Below, in pieces: positions 1-11,638 of a stretch of DNA of 64,000 nucleotides (the first letter of the stretch is position 1; every line of letters begins with the position of its first letter). The notes beneath the pieces are model-generated. The model saw nothing but the letters and a program-made list of their open reading frames with translations, was not told the DNA's origin and ran no database searches. The translations under genes were made by a program, and so were the position numbers. The stretch comes from an uncultured Planctomycetaceae bacterium (GTDB lineage: Bacteria > Planctomycetota > Planctomycetia > Planctomycetales > Planctomycetaceae). The stretch lies in the NCBI GenBank assembly GCA_963813715.1, contig CAWFAK010000009.1, forward strand, positions 640,001-704,000, written 5' to 3'.

Positions 1-1798
1 TGTAAGCGACGCTAATGATTCCCAGCGGGCCGTGCAGGTTTTCGTACGACAACTGACGCGTAAAGAGATTCCGCAGCGTCAGATAAAGATCGATGATTGA
101 ATTCTTGGTGTGGGTGATCCCCATCATCGCCGCGTCGAGCACGCCGCTCGACTTGAGCATGATCGTCTCTTGCATCAGCCGCAGCCCGCGCATGCCGGGC
201 AGATACCAGTCCCCCTTCGGATCGACCGCGGGAACCAGCTCGATCGGGTCGCGGTCCTTGTTGGTAAAGGTGAGCTTCACCTTGAAGTCGGGGGTGAGCT
301 GCGTCAGGTAGACGAAGTAGGGCCACGTTCCCGACTTTTGACTTCCCTTGTCGGCGGCGAAGTCGACTTCAATTTTGTCTTTGCCAAAACGGTCCTTCGT
401 CAGCTCCGCGGGGACCAACAGCTCGGCCGACTTGATCCGGTCGCCGTTCTTGACGCCCGCCTTATCGGCCGGGCTGCCCGGCTGCACGCTCAACACGGTG
501 GGGATCACGTTGTAGGCGACACCGATCGCCGGGGCCGACATGGGCGTGTCCGCCATCCTCGGGGCTTCGACCCAGCCGGGCTTGTTCGCGGGGACGAGAC
601 GAATGTCGACTTTTTTCGGGTCGCCCTGCGGCATCTCGCGCTGCACCTCGAGGGTGACTTCCTGGCCGGCTAGCGCCGCCAGTTCATCAGGCAGACGGAG
701 CGGATCGATATCCTTGCCCACCACGCGGGTGTTGAGGCGGATGATCTTATCCCCCTCTTTGATGCCGTTCTTGTCGGCCGGCGAGTCCTTGACGATGCCG
801 GTGACCTTGCCGATGTCCATCGTCATGCCCATTTCGCGAAACCGCTGCGGGGCGACGCGGATGTCGACTGGGCGCTCAGAGCCCTCCCGCGCGACTTGGA
901 ATACGACCGGCTTGGCACGATTGTCGATGAGCGTTTTCTGCAACTCCGAAAAGTCCGACACGGTGTGCCCGTCGATCCCGACGACCCGGTCCCCCTGCTC
1001 AAAGCCGGGGTTGGCCTCGGCAGCGGGTGAGCCCAGATCGGCCGCCTTCTCGTTCGCATCTTTGGTTTTGAGGACGTTCAGCGACAGGGCCGGCGTGACG
1101 CCGATCATTCGGTGCCCATCGGCCATGTTGGGGACCAGGTCGACCTCGAACGGCTTTTCGTCCGCGTGCACGCCGGCGACGTCGATCGGGCCGGACGACA
1201 GCGCGATGGCGCGATTGATGTCGTCAAACGTCCGCGTCGGACGGCCGGCAATCCGCGTGAGCCGATCGCCGGGCTGCAGCCGGGCTTGCCACGCGGGGAA
1301 GCCCGGCAGCACCGAGCCGACGCGAGCCGGCAATTGCTCGATCCCGTACCCAAACGCGATGGCGTAAAACATGACGCCGGTGATCACGTTCATGGTGACG
1401 CCGGCGGAAATGATCGCCATCCGCTGCCCCACCGGCTTGGCCATATACGACCGCGGGTCTTTGGCGAGCTCTTCACTGGTGAGCTGGCTCGGATCGAGGT
1501 CGTCCTGCCCCAGCATCTTCACGTAGCCGCCGAAGGGAATCGCGGAGAGCGCGTATTCGGTCTCGCCGTATTTGCGGCTCCAGAGGATCGGTCCGAAGCC
1601 GATGCTGAACCGCTCGACGAAAACGTCGCACCACTTGGCGACGGCGAAGTGCCCCAACTCGTGAAAGAAAATCACCAGGCCGATGCCAATCGCCACGAGC
1701 AGCACGCTGCCCGCCTTGGACACCAGTGCATCGACCGAAAAGGACGCCAGCACCGGCAACGCCGCCGGCACGGCATGAGCAAACAGCAGGACGTTCAC
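1..1798 (-). CDS. rseP: RIP/site-2 metalloprotease RseP with several PDZ domains (3' end outside window)
   Basis: Manual minus-strand translation from GTG at 1798 (overlapping the dxr stop) gives ...GIGLVIFFHELGHFAVAKWCDVFVERFSIGFG..., i.e. HExxH plus the FSIGFG motif. PDZ-like segments follow. dxr-rseP synteny. Absent from the ORF track because there is no stop in the window. Confidence 0.9.
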   Translation of the reverse strand, partial: MNVLLFAHAVPAALPVLASFSVDALVSKAGSVLLVAIGIGLVIFFHELGHFAVAKWCDVFVERFSIGFGPILWSRKYGETEYALSAIPFGGYVKMLGQDDLDPSQLTSEELAKDPRSYMAKPVGQRMAIISAGVTMNVITGVMFYAIAFGYGIEQLPARVGSVLPGFPAWQARLQPGDRLTRIAGRPTRTFDDINRAIALSSGPIDVAGVHADEKPFEVDLVPNMADGHRMIGVTPALSLNVLKTKDANEKAADLGSPAAEANPGFEQGDRVVGIDGHTVSDFSELQKTLIDNRAKPVVFQVAREGSERPVDIRVAPQRFREMGMTMDIGKVTGIVKDSPADKNGIKEGDKIIRLNTRVVGKDIDPLRLPDELAALAGQEVTLEVQREMPQGDPKKVDIRLVPANKPGWVEAPRMADTPMSAPAIGVAYNVIPTVLSVQPGSPADKAGVKNGDRIKSAELLVPAELTKDRFGKDKIEVDFAADKGSQKSGTWPYFVYLTQLTPDFKVKLTFTNKDRDPIELVPAVDPKGDWYLPGMRGLRLMQETIMLKSSGVLDAAMMGITHTKNSIIDLYLTLRNLFTRQLSYENLHGPLGIISVAY

Positions 1799-2958
1799 GA
1801 CAGTGACCTCTCGAGTGGTCTCCAACGGCGGGCTTCGTCCCGTGTCCAGCGGTCCATCCGCAGGAGATCCGTCAAGGAGGGGGACGGTTCAAAATTATGG
1901 GCGTCCAGGAGCGAGCGGCACAGTTGCGGAATCTCGGTAAAGCGAAGATCTCGGGCCAAAAACCGCTCGACGGCCACTTCGTTGGCGGCATTCAGGACGG
2001 CGCCCGAGGTGCCTCCCCGCCGCGCCACTTCGGCTCCCAACTTCAACGCCGGAAACGCCTCCGGGTCGGGCGGAGCGAAGTCGAGCCTCAGCGTGGACGT
2101 CCAGTCGAACCGCGGGCTGATTCCTTCCCACCGCTCCGGCCACGTGAGGGCATATTGAATCGGTAATTTCATGTCCGGCGGCGAGAGTTGGGCGACCACC
2201 GAACCGTCGACGAACTCGACACAAGAATGGACGATCGACTGAGGATGAATCATCACGGCGATCTGATCGGCGTCAAGTCCGAAAAGCCACTTGGCTTCGA
2301 TCATCTCCAGGGCCTTATTCATCATCGTGGCCGAGTCGACGGTCACCTTAGGTCCCATCGCCCACGTGGGATGCGCCAGCGCCATTTCCGGGGTCACTTC
2401 CCGCATCCGCTCGAGCGTATAGCCACGGAACGGGCCGCCGCTGGCGGTCAGCACAATGCGGCGGACTTCGCCATGTTTTCCTGCTTGTAGAGACTGATAA
2501 ACCGCGCTGTGTTCGCTGTCGACGGGAAACAAGGAACCTCCGGTCCGCTGGGCCAGAGACGTCATTAAGGGTCCGGCGACAACCAGCGTCTCCTTGTTGG
2601 CAAACGCCACCCGCTTGCCCGCTTCCAGGGCCGTCCAAGTGCTCCGCAATCCGGCCGCCCCGACAATTCCTGCCACGACGACCTCGACGCCCGGGTCACT
2701 GGCGATGCGGTCGATGGCGGCCTCGCCGAAGAGGAGTTCCGTGGCACCGAACGCGCCGGCGGGAATCGAGCTTCTCAGGCTTTCATCGCTGACCACGGCC
2801 CAGCGGGGTCGAAACCGCCGCGCTTGCTCGGCCAAGACCTCCCATTTTCGATGAGCGACGAGCCCGACGGCCTGTAAGCGGTCAGGATGCGCCGCGACGA
2901 CATCCAAGCAACTTGTGCCGATGGAACCGGTCGAGCCCAATACGGCAACGTGCTGCAT
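1795..2958 (-). CDS. dxr: 1-deoxy-D-xylulose-5-phosphate reductoisomerase
   Basis: LGSTGSIG, ANKETLV, PVDSEHSA, LTASGGPF, HPTWAMGPKVTVDSATMMNK motifs. Confidence 0.97.
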   Translation of the reverse strand: MQHVAVLGSTGSIGTSCLDVVAAHPDRLQAVGLVAHRKWEVLAEQARRFRPRWAVVSDESLRSSIPAGAFGATELLFGEAAIDRIASDPGVEVVVAGIVGAAGLRSTWTALEAGKRVAFANKETLVVAGPLMTSLAQRTGGSLFPVDSEHSAVYQSLQAGKHGEVRRIVLTASGGPFRGYTLERMREVTPEMALAHPTWAMGPKVTVDSATMMNKALEMIEAKWLFGLDADQIAVMIHPQSIVHSCVEFVDGSVVAQLSPPDMKLPIQYALTWPERWEGISPRFDWTSTLRLDFAPPDPEAFPALKLGAEVARRGGTSGAVLNAANEVAVERFLARDLRFTEIPQLCRSLLDAHNFEPSPSLTDLLRMDRWTRDEARRWRPLERSLS

Positions 2959-3215
2959 TCCAGGCCGTCGCGTTGAAGCGAAACACTAAGTCCGTTCAGT
3001 TCTTACGCCAATGGGCGCGGAGCAATCCTGCCATTTTATGAGCCGGCGGGAGCGGTCGCAAGGTTTGCTGGACCGGTCGAACCCCCACCGATTGACCTTA
3101 CTAGTTGCTCGCCCTAAAGTTGCAATGACTTGCGACGACCGTCCGCTCACCGCGGGGCGATCTGGCAGGTCGATCTCCACGGTCGATCTTCATCGAGCAA
3201 CGACAGGGCCTCGCC

Positions 3216-5267
3216 ATGTCCGACTCCAATTCGCCGGCTCCGAAATCCCCCCAGAACGAGCCGACACCGCCGCGGCCTGGGCGCAGTCGGAAGAATGATC
3301 GCTCGCCGATCCACATCCTGCTGTGGGTGGCGGCGGGGGGAACAGCGCTCGCCTGCTTTTACTTCTTCATGAACGACCAGCGCAGCGGCAAAGAGATCTC
3401 GCTGGGCGAGTTTCAACAGCAGATCGAGAATGGCAGCCTTAACTCCAAGAACGTCTTTGATCTGAAGTTCACGCCCGGCTGGATCCAATTCCAGGACCAG
3501 CCCGTCAAGAAGTCGTCGAAAAAGGAACCGGGCGGCAACGAAGAGAGCAAACCCGTCCAGAAGACCAGCGTTTCCACTTATCTGATGGGCTCGGAGAAAG
3601 AGGCCGAGCTGACCCGGACGCTCAATTCCAAGGGCATCGACTTCGGCTATCCGCCCCCGCCGCCCGACTGGTACGCGCTGGGGATGTGGGTGCCCGCCAT
3701 CATCATGCTCTTGGTCATGGTCTACTTCCTGCGGCGCCTGGTCGGGACAGGAGCCGCCATGTCGTTCGGCCGCAGCCGCGGTCGGCTCTATGCGCAGGAA
3801 GACATCGACATCACGTTCACCGACGCGGCCGGCATCGACGAAGCCGTCAACGAGCTGCGCGAAGTGGTCGAATTCCTCCGCACGCCGGGCAAGTACAAGG
3901 CCTTGGGCGGCCGCATTCCCCGCGGCGTGCTCCTGGTTGGCCCTCCCGGCACGGGCAAGACCCTCTTGGCCAAGGCCGTCGCCGGCGAGGCGGGAGTTCC
4001 CTTCTTCAGTCTGTCGGGATCCGACTTCGTCGAGATGTATGTCGGCGTCGGCGCCGCCCGCGTCCGCGATATGTTCCACCAGGCGGGCCAGCGCTCCCCG
4101 AGCATCATCTTCATCGATGAGCTCGATGCGCTCGGCAAAGTCCGCGGCAGCGGCTCGCCCGGCGGGCACGACGAACGCGAGCAAACCCTCAACGCGCTGT
4201 TGGTCGAAATGGACGGTTTCTCGTCCGACCAGAGCGTAATCGTGATGGGGGCCACGAACCGACCCGAAACGCTCGACCCGGCCTTGTTACGGCCCGGCCG
4301 CTTCGATCGGCACGTGCTGGTCGATCGGCCCGACATTCGCGGCCGCGAAGCCATCCTCAAGGTGCATGCCGCCCGGATCAAGATGGACGACAAGGTCGAT
4401 CTGCAGTGGATCGCCAAGCTCACTCCCGGTTTTGTCGGGGCCGACCTCGCAAACCTGGTGAACGAGGCCGCGCTCTTGGCAGCCCGCGGGGACAAAACCT
4501 GCGTGACCATGGCCGAGTTCGAAGAAGGGATCGAGCGGGTCGTCGCCGGCCTGGAGAAGCAGACGCGTATCATCCACGAAGAGGAGAAACTCCGCGTCGC
4601 GTACCACGAATGCGGTCACGCGCTGGTCGCCTGCAGCCTGCCCAACACCGACCCCGTCCACAAAATCTCGATCATTCCCCGTGGGTTGGGCGCGCTCGGC
4701 TACACGATGAGCCGGCCCGAGGACGACCGCCGCCTGTTCACGCAATCGGAATTGCAGCACAAGATCTGCGTGTTATTGGGGGGAATTAACGCCGAAGAAA
4801 TTGTCTTCAAGGAGACGTCGACCGGCGCCCAGCGCGACTTGCAGCAAGCCAGCGACATCGCCCGCAGCATGGTCACCGAGTTCGGCATGAGCGCGAAGCT
4901 CGGCCGCGTCCGCTACAGCGAACGGGCCCGCTCCCAATTTTTGGGATCGGACGTGCCCCACGATTCGGTGCACAGCGAAGAGACAATCCGCGAGATCGAC
5001 CTCGAAGTGAAACGAATTATCGACGGCTGCGGCAAGACAGTCTTCGAGATCCTCACCGCCCGCCGCCCCGTGCTGGAGCAGATGTCCCGCGAGCTCTTGG
5101 AGTGCGAGGTGATGGACGCGGCGCATTTGCGCTCGATCATCGACCAGCACAAGACGGCCCCGCAGCTGAGCCCCGGCACGTTCGTCGACCCGTCTCGTCG
5201 GCCCGAAGAAGCGCCGGTTCCCGCCGCGGAAGAGCCGCTCCGCCGCGAATCGGCGGACGGAGCCTGA
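3216..5267 (+). CDS. ftsH: ATP-dependent zinc metalloprotease FtsH
   Basis: Two TM segments, Walker A GPPGTGKT, Walker [37 protein letters not shown] zinc motif. Confidence 0.97.
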   Translation: MSDSNSPAPKSPQNEPTPPRPGRSRKNDRSPIHILLWVAAGGTALACFYFFMNDQRSGKEISLGEFQQQIENGSLNSKNVFDLKFTPGWIQFQDQPVKKSSKKEPGGNEESKPVQKTSVSTYLMGSEKEAELTRTLNSKGIDFGYPPPPPDWYALGMWVPAIIMLLVMVYFLRRLVGTGAAMSFGRSRGRLYAQEDIDITFTDAAGIDEAVNELREVVEFLRTPGKYKALGGRIPRGVLLVGPPGTGKTLLAKAVAGEAGVPFFSLSGSDFVEMYVGVGAARVRDMFHQAGQRSPSIIFIDELDALGKVRGSGSPGGHDEREQTLNALLVEMDGFSSDQSVIVMGATNRPETLDPALLRPGRFDRHVLVDRPDIRGREAILKVHAARIKMDDKVDLQWIAKLTPGFVGADLANLVNEAALLAARGDKTCVTMAEFEEGIERVVAGLEKQTRIIHEEEKLRVAYHECGHALVACSLPNTDPVHKISIIPRGLGALGYTMSRPEDDRRLFTQSELQHKICVLLGGINAEEIVFKETSTGAQRDLQQASDIARSMVTEFGMSAKLGRVRYSERARSQFLGSDVPHDSVHSEETIREIDLEVKRIIDGCGKTVFEILTARRPVLEQMSRELLECEVMDAAHLRSIIDQHKTAPQLSPGTFVDPSRRPEEAPVPAAEEPLRRESADGA

Positions 5268-5472
5268 GTCAGCGTCGTTTCGGGCGGGACTTCCGCGGAC
5301 GACCGTTGCGAAAGGCGTTCGGCCCGGCTATCTATCGAGGTAACACGCGCTACGCTGTTGGCGCACGGAACGTGTTTCTCGTCGCGGCTTTACACGGACG
5401 TCACCGGATCGGGAGTCGATCCGCAGGCCCCGGGCCGAATTTAGTCTCCGACCGAGTCCAGCCGGCCCCCTT

Positions 5473-7428
5473 ATGTCGCGAATCCACGCTCTGGATGCAC
5501 TCGTCGTCAACAAGATTGCCGCCGGCGAGGTGATCGAGCGGCCGGCCAGCGTCGTCAAGGAGCTGCTGGAAAACAGCATCGACGCCCTGGCCACCCGCGT
5601 CGACGTCGAGATCGGTGACGGCGGCAGCGAGCTGATCCGTGTGGCCGACGACGGCGAGGGGATTCACCCCGAGGACTTCGGGCTGGCCGTCACCAGCCAC
5701 GCCACCAGCAAAATCACCGGGGCCGACGATCTGTTCCGCGTCCGCACGATGGGCTTTCGCGGCGAGGCGCTGGCGTCGATCGCGGCCGTCAGCCGTCTGC
5801 GCCTTCGCAGCCGCCGCGTCGATGCGGTCGATGGCTACGAGATTGCCGTCGATGGCGGGCAAGCCGGAGCGGTGCAACTCTGTGGCTGCCCGGTCGGCAC
5901 CGTGGTCGAGGTTCGCAACCTGCTTTACAACACGCCGGTCCGCCGCAAGTTTCTGCGGGCCGTCGCCACCGAGTTCGGCCATATCAGCGAGCAGTTCACG
6001 CGGGTGGCGCTGGCCAATCCGACGCTGACCGCATCACTCAAACATAACCAGCGCTCGGTCTACGAGTTGCCGCCGACCGGACAAGTGCTTGACCGACTCA
6101 AGTTGTTCTTCGGCTCTGACCTGACGGACAAGTTGATCTGGGTCGAATCGCAGACGTCCGACGCGCGGGTCTGGGGCTACGTGGCCCATCCGAGCGAGAG
6201 CCGTTCGACTCGCAAGGGGCAGTACCTGTTCCTCAACGGCCGCTGGATTCAGGACCGCTCGCTGCAGCACGCCCTGGGCGAGGCCTATCGCGGGCTGTTG
6301 ATGACCGGTCGCTATCCGGTCGTGTTTCTCTTTTTGGAACTGGCTCCCGAGCTGGTCGACGTCAACGTGCATCCGACCAAGGCTGAAGTGCGGTTCCGCG
6401 ACACGCAGCCGCTTTACCGCCAGTTGCTCGCGGCTATTCGCACGCGTTTTCTCTCGGCTAACCTCGAGTCGACGATTTCAGTGCCGAAGGCGGCCGCCTG
6501 GCGCTTCGAGAATTTTTCGCCCGACCGCAGCGGCCTCGAGGGACCAGCCCAGCGCGATGCTCAGCTGGAACTGGCCGAATGGGCTCGCAATCAATTGAGC
6601 AACTGGCAAGCTCCGTCTCCCGGGTCCCAGGAGCAATCGCCCCAGTCGTCCTGGCCGGCGCCCGCCGCCGGGCTTGGCGGAGCTTACGCGAATCCGCTCG
6701 CCGCGCACGATCGGCTCCCATTAGCCCCAGGCGAGACCGCTTTCGGCGGGTCGTCGGGCGTCGCGATGTCCGGGCTGCCAGACTCCGATGCGGCGGCATC
6801 CCCGCCCCTCTCCGCGGGGACGAACGGAGTCGACGGTTTCGACCTAGGAGCCCTGCCGCGGCAGATCATGCAGGTCCACGACTGTTACATCGTGTTCGAA
6901 ACGTCCGACGGCATTACGGTCATCGACCAGCACGCCCTGCACGAGCGGGTGATGTACGAGCATCTGCGGCACCGGGTCGACCAGGGAGCCGTCGAATCGC
7001 AGCGGATGCTCGTCCCGCAAACGCTCGAATTCGGCGATCGCGAGGCAGCCACCCTGCTGGAGCATGCCGACGTACTGGCCCAAATTGGTTACCGCATCGA
7101 GGAATTCGGCGGGGCCACCCTGCTGCTCACCGCCTACCCCGCCATCCTGGCACAAGCCGATCATGGCCGCATTCTCCGCGACGCGGCCGAGAGCCTGGCG
7201 TCGTCCGGGCAGACTCCTTCGCGGCGCGATATACTGGACTCATTGCTGCACCTCATGTCCTGCAAAGCGGCCGTTAAGGCGGGCCAGCGCCTCAAGCCGG
7301 AAGAGATGGAAAGCCTGCTGGCGCAGCGGCACTTGATCGACGATGCCCATCATTGCCCGCACGGACGGCCGACCGCTTTGGTCCTGACCCGAGCCGAATT
7401 GGACCGGCAATTCGGCCGCCTCGGATAG
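5473..7428 (+). CDS. mutL: DNA mismatch repair endonuclease MutL
   Basis: IAAGEVIERPASVVKELLENS, GFRGEALAS, DVNVHPTK, DQHALHER, CPHGRP motifs. Confidence 0.97.
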   Translation: MSRIHALDALVVNKIAAGEVIERPASVVKELLENSIDALATRVDVEIGDGGSELIRVADDGEGIHPEDFGLAVTSHATSKITGADDLFRVRTMGFRGEALASIAAVSRLRLRSRRVDAVDGYEIAVDGGQAGAVQLCGCPVGTVVEVRNLLYNTPVRRKFLRAVATEFGHISEQFTRVALANPTLTASLKHNQRSVYELPPTGQVLDRLKLFFGSDLTDKLIWVESQTSDARVWGYVAHPSESRSTRKGQYLFLNGRWIQDRSLQHALGEAYRGLLMTGRYPVVFLFLELAPELVDVNVHPTKAEVRFRDTQPLYRQLLAAIRTRFLSANLESTISVPKAAAWRFENFSPDRSGLEGPAQRDAQLELAEWARNQLSNWQAPSPGSQEQSPQSSWPAPAAGLGGAYANPLAAHDRLPLAPGETAFGGSSGVAMSGLPDSDAAASPPLSAGTNGVDGFDLGALPRQIMQVHDCYIVFETSDGITVIDQHALHERVMYEHLRHRVDQGAVESQRMLVPQTLEFGDREAATLLEHADVLAQIGYRIEEFGGATLLLTAYPAILAQADHGRILRDAAESLASSGQTPSRRDILDSLLHLMSCKAAVKAGQRLKPEEMESLLAQRHLIDDAHHCPHGRPTALVLTRAELDRQFGRLG

Positions 7429-7436
7429 TTCCCTGC

Positions 7437-8933
7437 ATGATCTGCGTCAGTATTGGTCGTACCCGCCACAAAATGGTCGTGCTCGAACACCGCGCGCTCG
7501 CGGCGCGCGGGGCCCAGTTCGTCGAGCTGCGGCTCGACTGGCTGCAGAACACGCCCGATCTCGGCTTTCTGCTCAACGAACGGCCGACCCCCGTCATCGT
7601 CACCTGCCGCCGACCGCCCGACCAGGGGCGCTGGCGCGGCACCGAGGACCAGCGGCTCACCCTGTTGCGGGCGGCCATCGTCGCCGGGGCCGAATATGTC
7701 GACCTGGAGCACGACATCGCCCACCTGGTGCGGCGCTATGGCAAGACCAAGCGCGTCGTCAGTTACCACAACTTCGAGGAAACCCCCGAAGAGCTGGAAG
7801 ACATCCACGAGAAGTTGTCGAAACTCGATCCGGACATCGTGAAGATCGTCACGATGGCCAATTCGCCCGTCGACGCGGTCCGCATGCTCCGCCTGGTCCA
7901 CGAGGCCAAAGTTCCCACCGTCGGCTTTTGCATGGGCGAGATGGGCTTTCTCAGCCGCGTGCTGTGCGGCCGCTACGGGGCGCCGTTCACCTACGCCAGC
8001 TTCAGCTCCGAACGCGAACTGGCTCCCGGCCAGGTCTCCTTCGACGAGATGCGCGACGTTTACCATTACGACCGCATCAACAAGCAAACACAGCTCTACG
8101 GCGTGATCGGCGATCCGGTGGCGCACAGCCTGAGTCCCCTCGTGCAAAATGCCGCGTTCGAGGCAACCGGATTCGACGGTGTCTATTTGCCGTTCCGCGT
8201 CTTTCGCCAGTTCCTCGGACAGGCGCTCGACGAGTTCCAGTGGCTGGGCGTCCGCGGCTACAGCGTCACGATTCCGCACAAGGAAGCCGTGCTGGAGGAG
8301 GTGCCCCGGCACGACGACATGGTCGACGACATCGGCGCGTCCAACACGCTCTATCGCGACGAGCGGCTCCTTTGGCACGCGGCCAACACCGATTACGAGT
8401 CGGCCCTGGCCGCACTCCGCATCGCGCTCACCCGCGAGTCGGGCGTCGAGGAGGAACTGGGAGGCAAGAAAGTTCTCATTCTGGGAGCCGGCGGGGCGGC
8501 CCGCGCGATCGGTCTGGGCCTCGTCCGCGCCGGGTGCGGCGTCACCGTCACCAGCCGCACGCATGCCCGTGCCGTCTCGCTCGCGCAGCGGCTCGGCTGC
8601 CAGCAGATTCAGTGGGAGAATCGCGGGGCGATCTTTGCCGACATCCTGGTCAACTGCACGCCGGTGGGCATGTTCCCCAACGTCGACGACACCCCCTTTC
8701 CGATGAACTGGTTTCGCGACGACATGATCGTCTTCGACACGGTTTATAACCCCGAAAACACCCTGTTTCTCAAGCAGGCCCGCGAGCACTCCTGCCGCAC
8801 GGTTTCCGGGATCGAGATGTTTGTGCGGCAGGCCGCGCTGCAGTACGAATACTTCACCGGCCGCGGTGCGCCGGTCGACGTGATGCGTCAAACCCTCCGT
8901 CGCGAAATCAGCCCGTTGAGCAAAACGGCCTAG
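7437..8933 (+). CDS. aroE: Bifunctional type I 3-dehydroquinate dehydratase / shikimate dehydrogenase
   Basis: N-terminal ELRLD...YVDLE...VSYHNF...KIV (AroD) fused to IGDPVAHSLSP...SVTIPHK...NTDY...LGAGGAA (AroE). Start taken at ATG 7437, just after the mutL stop. Confidence 0.92.
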   Translation: MICVSIGRTRHKMVVLEHRALAARGAQFVELRLDWLQNTPDLGFLLNERPTPVIVTCRRPPDQGRWRGTEDQRLTLLRAAIVAGAEYVDLEHDIAHLVRRYGKTKRVVSYHNFEETPEELEDIHEKLSKLDPDIVKIVTMANSPVDAVRMLRLVHEAKVPTVGFCMGEMGFLSRVLCGRYGAPFTYASFSSERELAPGQVSFDEMRDVYHYDRINKQTQLYGVIGDPVAHSLSPLVQNAAFEATGFDGVYLPFRVFRQFLGQALDEFQWLGVRGYSVTIPHKEAVLEEVPRHDDMVDDIGASNTLYRDERLLWHAANTDYESALAALRIALTRESGVEEELGGKKVLILGAGGAARAIGLGLVRAGCGVTVTSRTHARAVSLAQRLGCQQIQWENRGAIFADILVNCTPVGMFPNVDDTPFPMNWFRDDMIVFDTVYNPENTLFLKQAREHSCRTVSGIEMFVRQAALQYEYFTGRGAPVDVMRQTLRREISPLSKTA

Positions 8934-8952
8934 GCCGGCGGCAACAAACGTC

Positions 8953-9508
8953 ATGGTGGTCACGCTGATCGGATACCGGGGCACCGGCAAGACGAGCGTC
9001 GCTCCGCTACTGGCGCGCCGCCTGGGATTCACCGCAATCGACGCCGACACCGAGCTCGAGCGCCGCGCGGGCCGCACGATCCGCGAAATCTTTGCCGCCG
9101 TCGGCGAACCGGGCTTCCGCACCGAGGAAAGCGCGCTCCTGGCCGAGCTGCTCGGATCCGATCGCCTGGTGCTGGCCGCCGGGGGCGGGGCCGTCCTCGA
9201 TCCCGAAACACGCCGCCGCATGCGCAGCCGGTCCCGTCGTCTGGCTACGGGCTCGCATCGAGACGATCGAGCGGCAAATCGCCGCCGACTCGACGACGCG
9301 CGAACGGCGTCCCAACCTGACGGCCGGCGGCGGACGCCCCGAGATCGAAACACTGCTGGCCGTCCGCGAGCCTCTCTATCGCGAGACCGCCAGCCTCACG
9401 GTCGACGTTGACGGCCGCCCGCTCGACGAGATCGTCGCCGAGATCGCCGCCGCACTGCCTCCCCATTTGTCCGCGTCGACGGGCGCCTCCGGGAGTGCGC
9501 GGTCGTAA
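8953..9508 (+). CDS. aroK: Shikimate kinase (one frameshift near 9225)
   Basis: GYRGTGKT P-loop, GEPGFR, GGGAV in one frame. VVWLRA...RPNL...REPLYRE continues in a second frame. Confidence 0.88.
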
Positions 9509-10803
9509 TGCGATTCGACATTCCCTGGGTGTTTCTGATCCCGTATCTGTTCGTCCTGGGGGCGACGATCGGCAGCTTCCTCAACGTCTGCGTCTATCGG
9601 CTGCCCAAGCACGAACATCTCTTCGCCCAGCTCCGTGGAATCTGGTCCCCCCCTTCGCACTGCCCGCGCTGTGGTCGACGACTTTGGCTCAGAGACAACT
9701 TGCCCGTGTTCGGCTGGCTGCGGCTCTTGGGCCGCTGCCGATTCTGCCGCACGCGGATCTCGCCCCGTTACCCGCTGATCGAAGCGGCCAACGGTCTTTT
9801 GTTTGTGGTGATGTTCTTGAGCGAGGTGCCGACCCGCTCGTATGCCCGCATGGAAGACAGCTGCGTCTTTTCGGTGCTGGGCCCGCATGCCGAGGGACAA
9901 TCGTGGCTCTTCTCGCCGTCGATGGTTTGCTTCTGGCGGTGGCTTTATCACATGGTGCTGGTCGAGTCGCTGGTCGTCGCCTCGCTGATCGACTTCGACC
10001 GGCGGATCATCCCCGACGGGGCAACACTCCCCGCGATGACCGTGGGCCTGTTGGGCAGTCTCGTCGGCTGCGTCTACATCATCCCGGTCTGGTTTCAGGA
10101 CGCGGGGATGGTGCACACGCTGGTCGACGTCACGGGCAGCCGGTTCGCTCCGTGGCTCTCTGGCCCGCCGGTGCCGCACTGGATCGCCGTCCATCCCCAT
10201 TGGCACGGGCTGGCGGTAAGCCTCGCGGGGCTCGTGGTCGGCGGCGGCTCCGTGTGGATCGTGCGGATTTTGGGCCAGTGGGTGCTCAAGCGCGAGGCGA
10301 TGGGCTTTGGCGACGTGATCCTGATGGCGACGATCGGCAGCTTCCTCGGCTGGCAGCCGACGCTGATCGTTTTTTTCCTGGCGCCCTTGTGTGCCCTGAT
10401 CGTCGTCGCGGCGTTCTGGATTTTTCGTCGCGACCGCGAAATCCCCTACGGCCCTTATCTGAGTCTGGCCGCGCTGGTGGTGATTTTGGGTTGGAAAGAC
10501 ATCTGGCCGCGGACCGAGCGTTTCTTTTCACTCGGCCTGTTCGTGCCGGCGATGGCTGTTGTGATGTGCGCGCTGTTAGTGCTGACCCTCTTCATCACGC
10601 AGTGGACGAAGCGGCTGCTGGGCATTCCTGACTACGTGCCCGACGACGAATGGGACATCTGGGAATCGGGCGATCAGCTCTTTCACTTTTCCGGCGGCAG
10701 CGGCCCGTCCGACGGCTGGAAGCGCACGCAGTGGCCGGGCGTGGGCGCCGGGCGGGGCTCGCTCTTCGAGCAGCGCTGGCGAAACGGCGGTTCCTCCCGG
10801 TGA
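9508..10803 (+). CDS. pilD: Type IV prepilin peptidase (A24) with insertions and C-terminal extension
   Basis: GSFLNVCVYRLP, SHCPRC, GRCRFC zinc motifs, IDFD and MGFGDV catalytic aspartates, IPYGPYL. Confidence 0.9.
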   Translation: MRFDIPWVFLIPYLFVLGATIGSFLNVCVYRLPKHEHLFAQLRGIWSPPSHCPRCGRRLWLRDNLPVFGWLRLLGRCRFCRTRISPRYPLIEAANGLLFVVMFLSEVPTRSYARMEDSCVFSVLGPHAEGQSWLFSPSMVCFWRWLYHMVLVESLVVASLIDFDRRIIPDGATLPAMTVGLLGSLVGCVYIIPVWFQDAGMVHTLVDVTGSRFAPWLSGPPVPHWIAVHPHWHGLAVSLAGLVVGGGSVWIVRILGQWVLKREAMGFGDVILMATIGSFLGWQPTLIVFFLAPLCALIVVAAFWIFRRDREIPYGPYLSLAALVVILGWKDIWPRTERFFSLGLFVPAMAVVMCALLVLTLFITQWTKRLLGIPDYVPDDEWDIWESGDQLFHFSGGSGPSDGWKRTQWPGVGAGRGSLFEQRWRNGGSSR

Positions 10804-10905
10804 ACCATCTGCTAGACTTGCGCGGCGCAGCGAACCCCTTGGCGGCCTGCGTGTCGCCCTCTTTCGGCACGTCTTACGCAGCGGCTCAAAACCGATGACT
10901 CGTTC

Positions 10906-11511
10906 ATGATCAAGATCGTCGACTACGGCATGGGCAATCTGCGGAGCGTGCAGAAAGCCTTTGAGAAAATCGGGGCCGACGCCCAGGTCGTCAGCTCTCC
11001 GGCCGAGCTCGCGGGGGCGGAAAAACTCGTGCTGCCGGGCGTCGGCGCTTTCCGCGACGCGATTGCCGAACTCAAGCGGACAGGCCTCGATCGGCCGGTC
11101 CGGGAACACATCGCGGCCGACAAGCCGTTCCTGGGCATCTGCCTGGGGCTGCAACTGCTCTTCGACGTGAGCTACGAAGACGGCCAGTGGGAAGGGCTCG
11201 GCGTGCTGCGGGGTAAAGTCGTACGATTCGCCGATCAGACCGACTTGAAGATCCCGCACATGGGCTGGAACTCGCTCGAGTTCGCCCGGCCGGCGCGGAT
11301 CTTCGAGGGCGTGCCCGAGGGCTCGTCGGTCTACTTCGTGCACAGTTATTACGTCGTGCCCGAGGATGAATCCGTGATCGCCGCCCGCACCGAGCATGGC
11401 ACTCGCTTCGTGTCGGCCGTTGCCCGCCGCAACCTCTTTGCCACGCAGTTCCACCCGGAGAAGAGCCAGAGCGTGGGCCTGCGGCTGCTGACGAATTTCG
11501 CCGCTCTTTGA
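10906..11511 (+). CDS. hisH: Imidazole glycerol phosphate synthase glutaminase subunit
   Basis: [37 protein letters not shown]. Confidence 0.97.
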   Translation: MIKIVDYGMGNLRSVQKAFEKIGADAQVVSSPAELAGAEKLVLPGVGAFRDAIAELKRTGLDRPVREHIAADKPFLGICLGLQLLFDVSYEDGQWEGLGVLRGKVVRFADQTDLKIPHMGWNSLEFARPARIFEGVPEGSSVYFVHSYYVVPEDESVIAARTEHGTRFVSAVARRNLFATQFHPEKSQSVGLRLLTNFAAL

Positions 11512-11534
11512 TACCCTGCGGTTGGCCGGCGTCT

Positions 11535-11614
11535 GGGTGGCACTGGCGGCTCGTCCGCCAGTGTCTTCGAGATCTGCGGAAAGCCCACTGGCGGCCAAGC
11601 CGCCAGTGCCACCC
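11535..11614. repeat. REP-like inverted doublet (two CACTGGCGG..CCGCCAGTG hairpins, GGGTGG ends)
   Basis: gggtggcactggcggctcgtccgccagtg ... cactggcggccaagccgccagtgccaccc, between hisH and hisA. Confidence 0.8.
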
Positions 11615-11638
11615 GACCTCTGGAGTCTTCAGACGGCA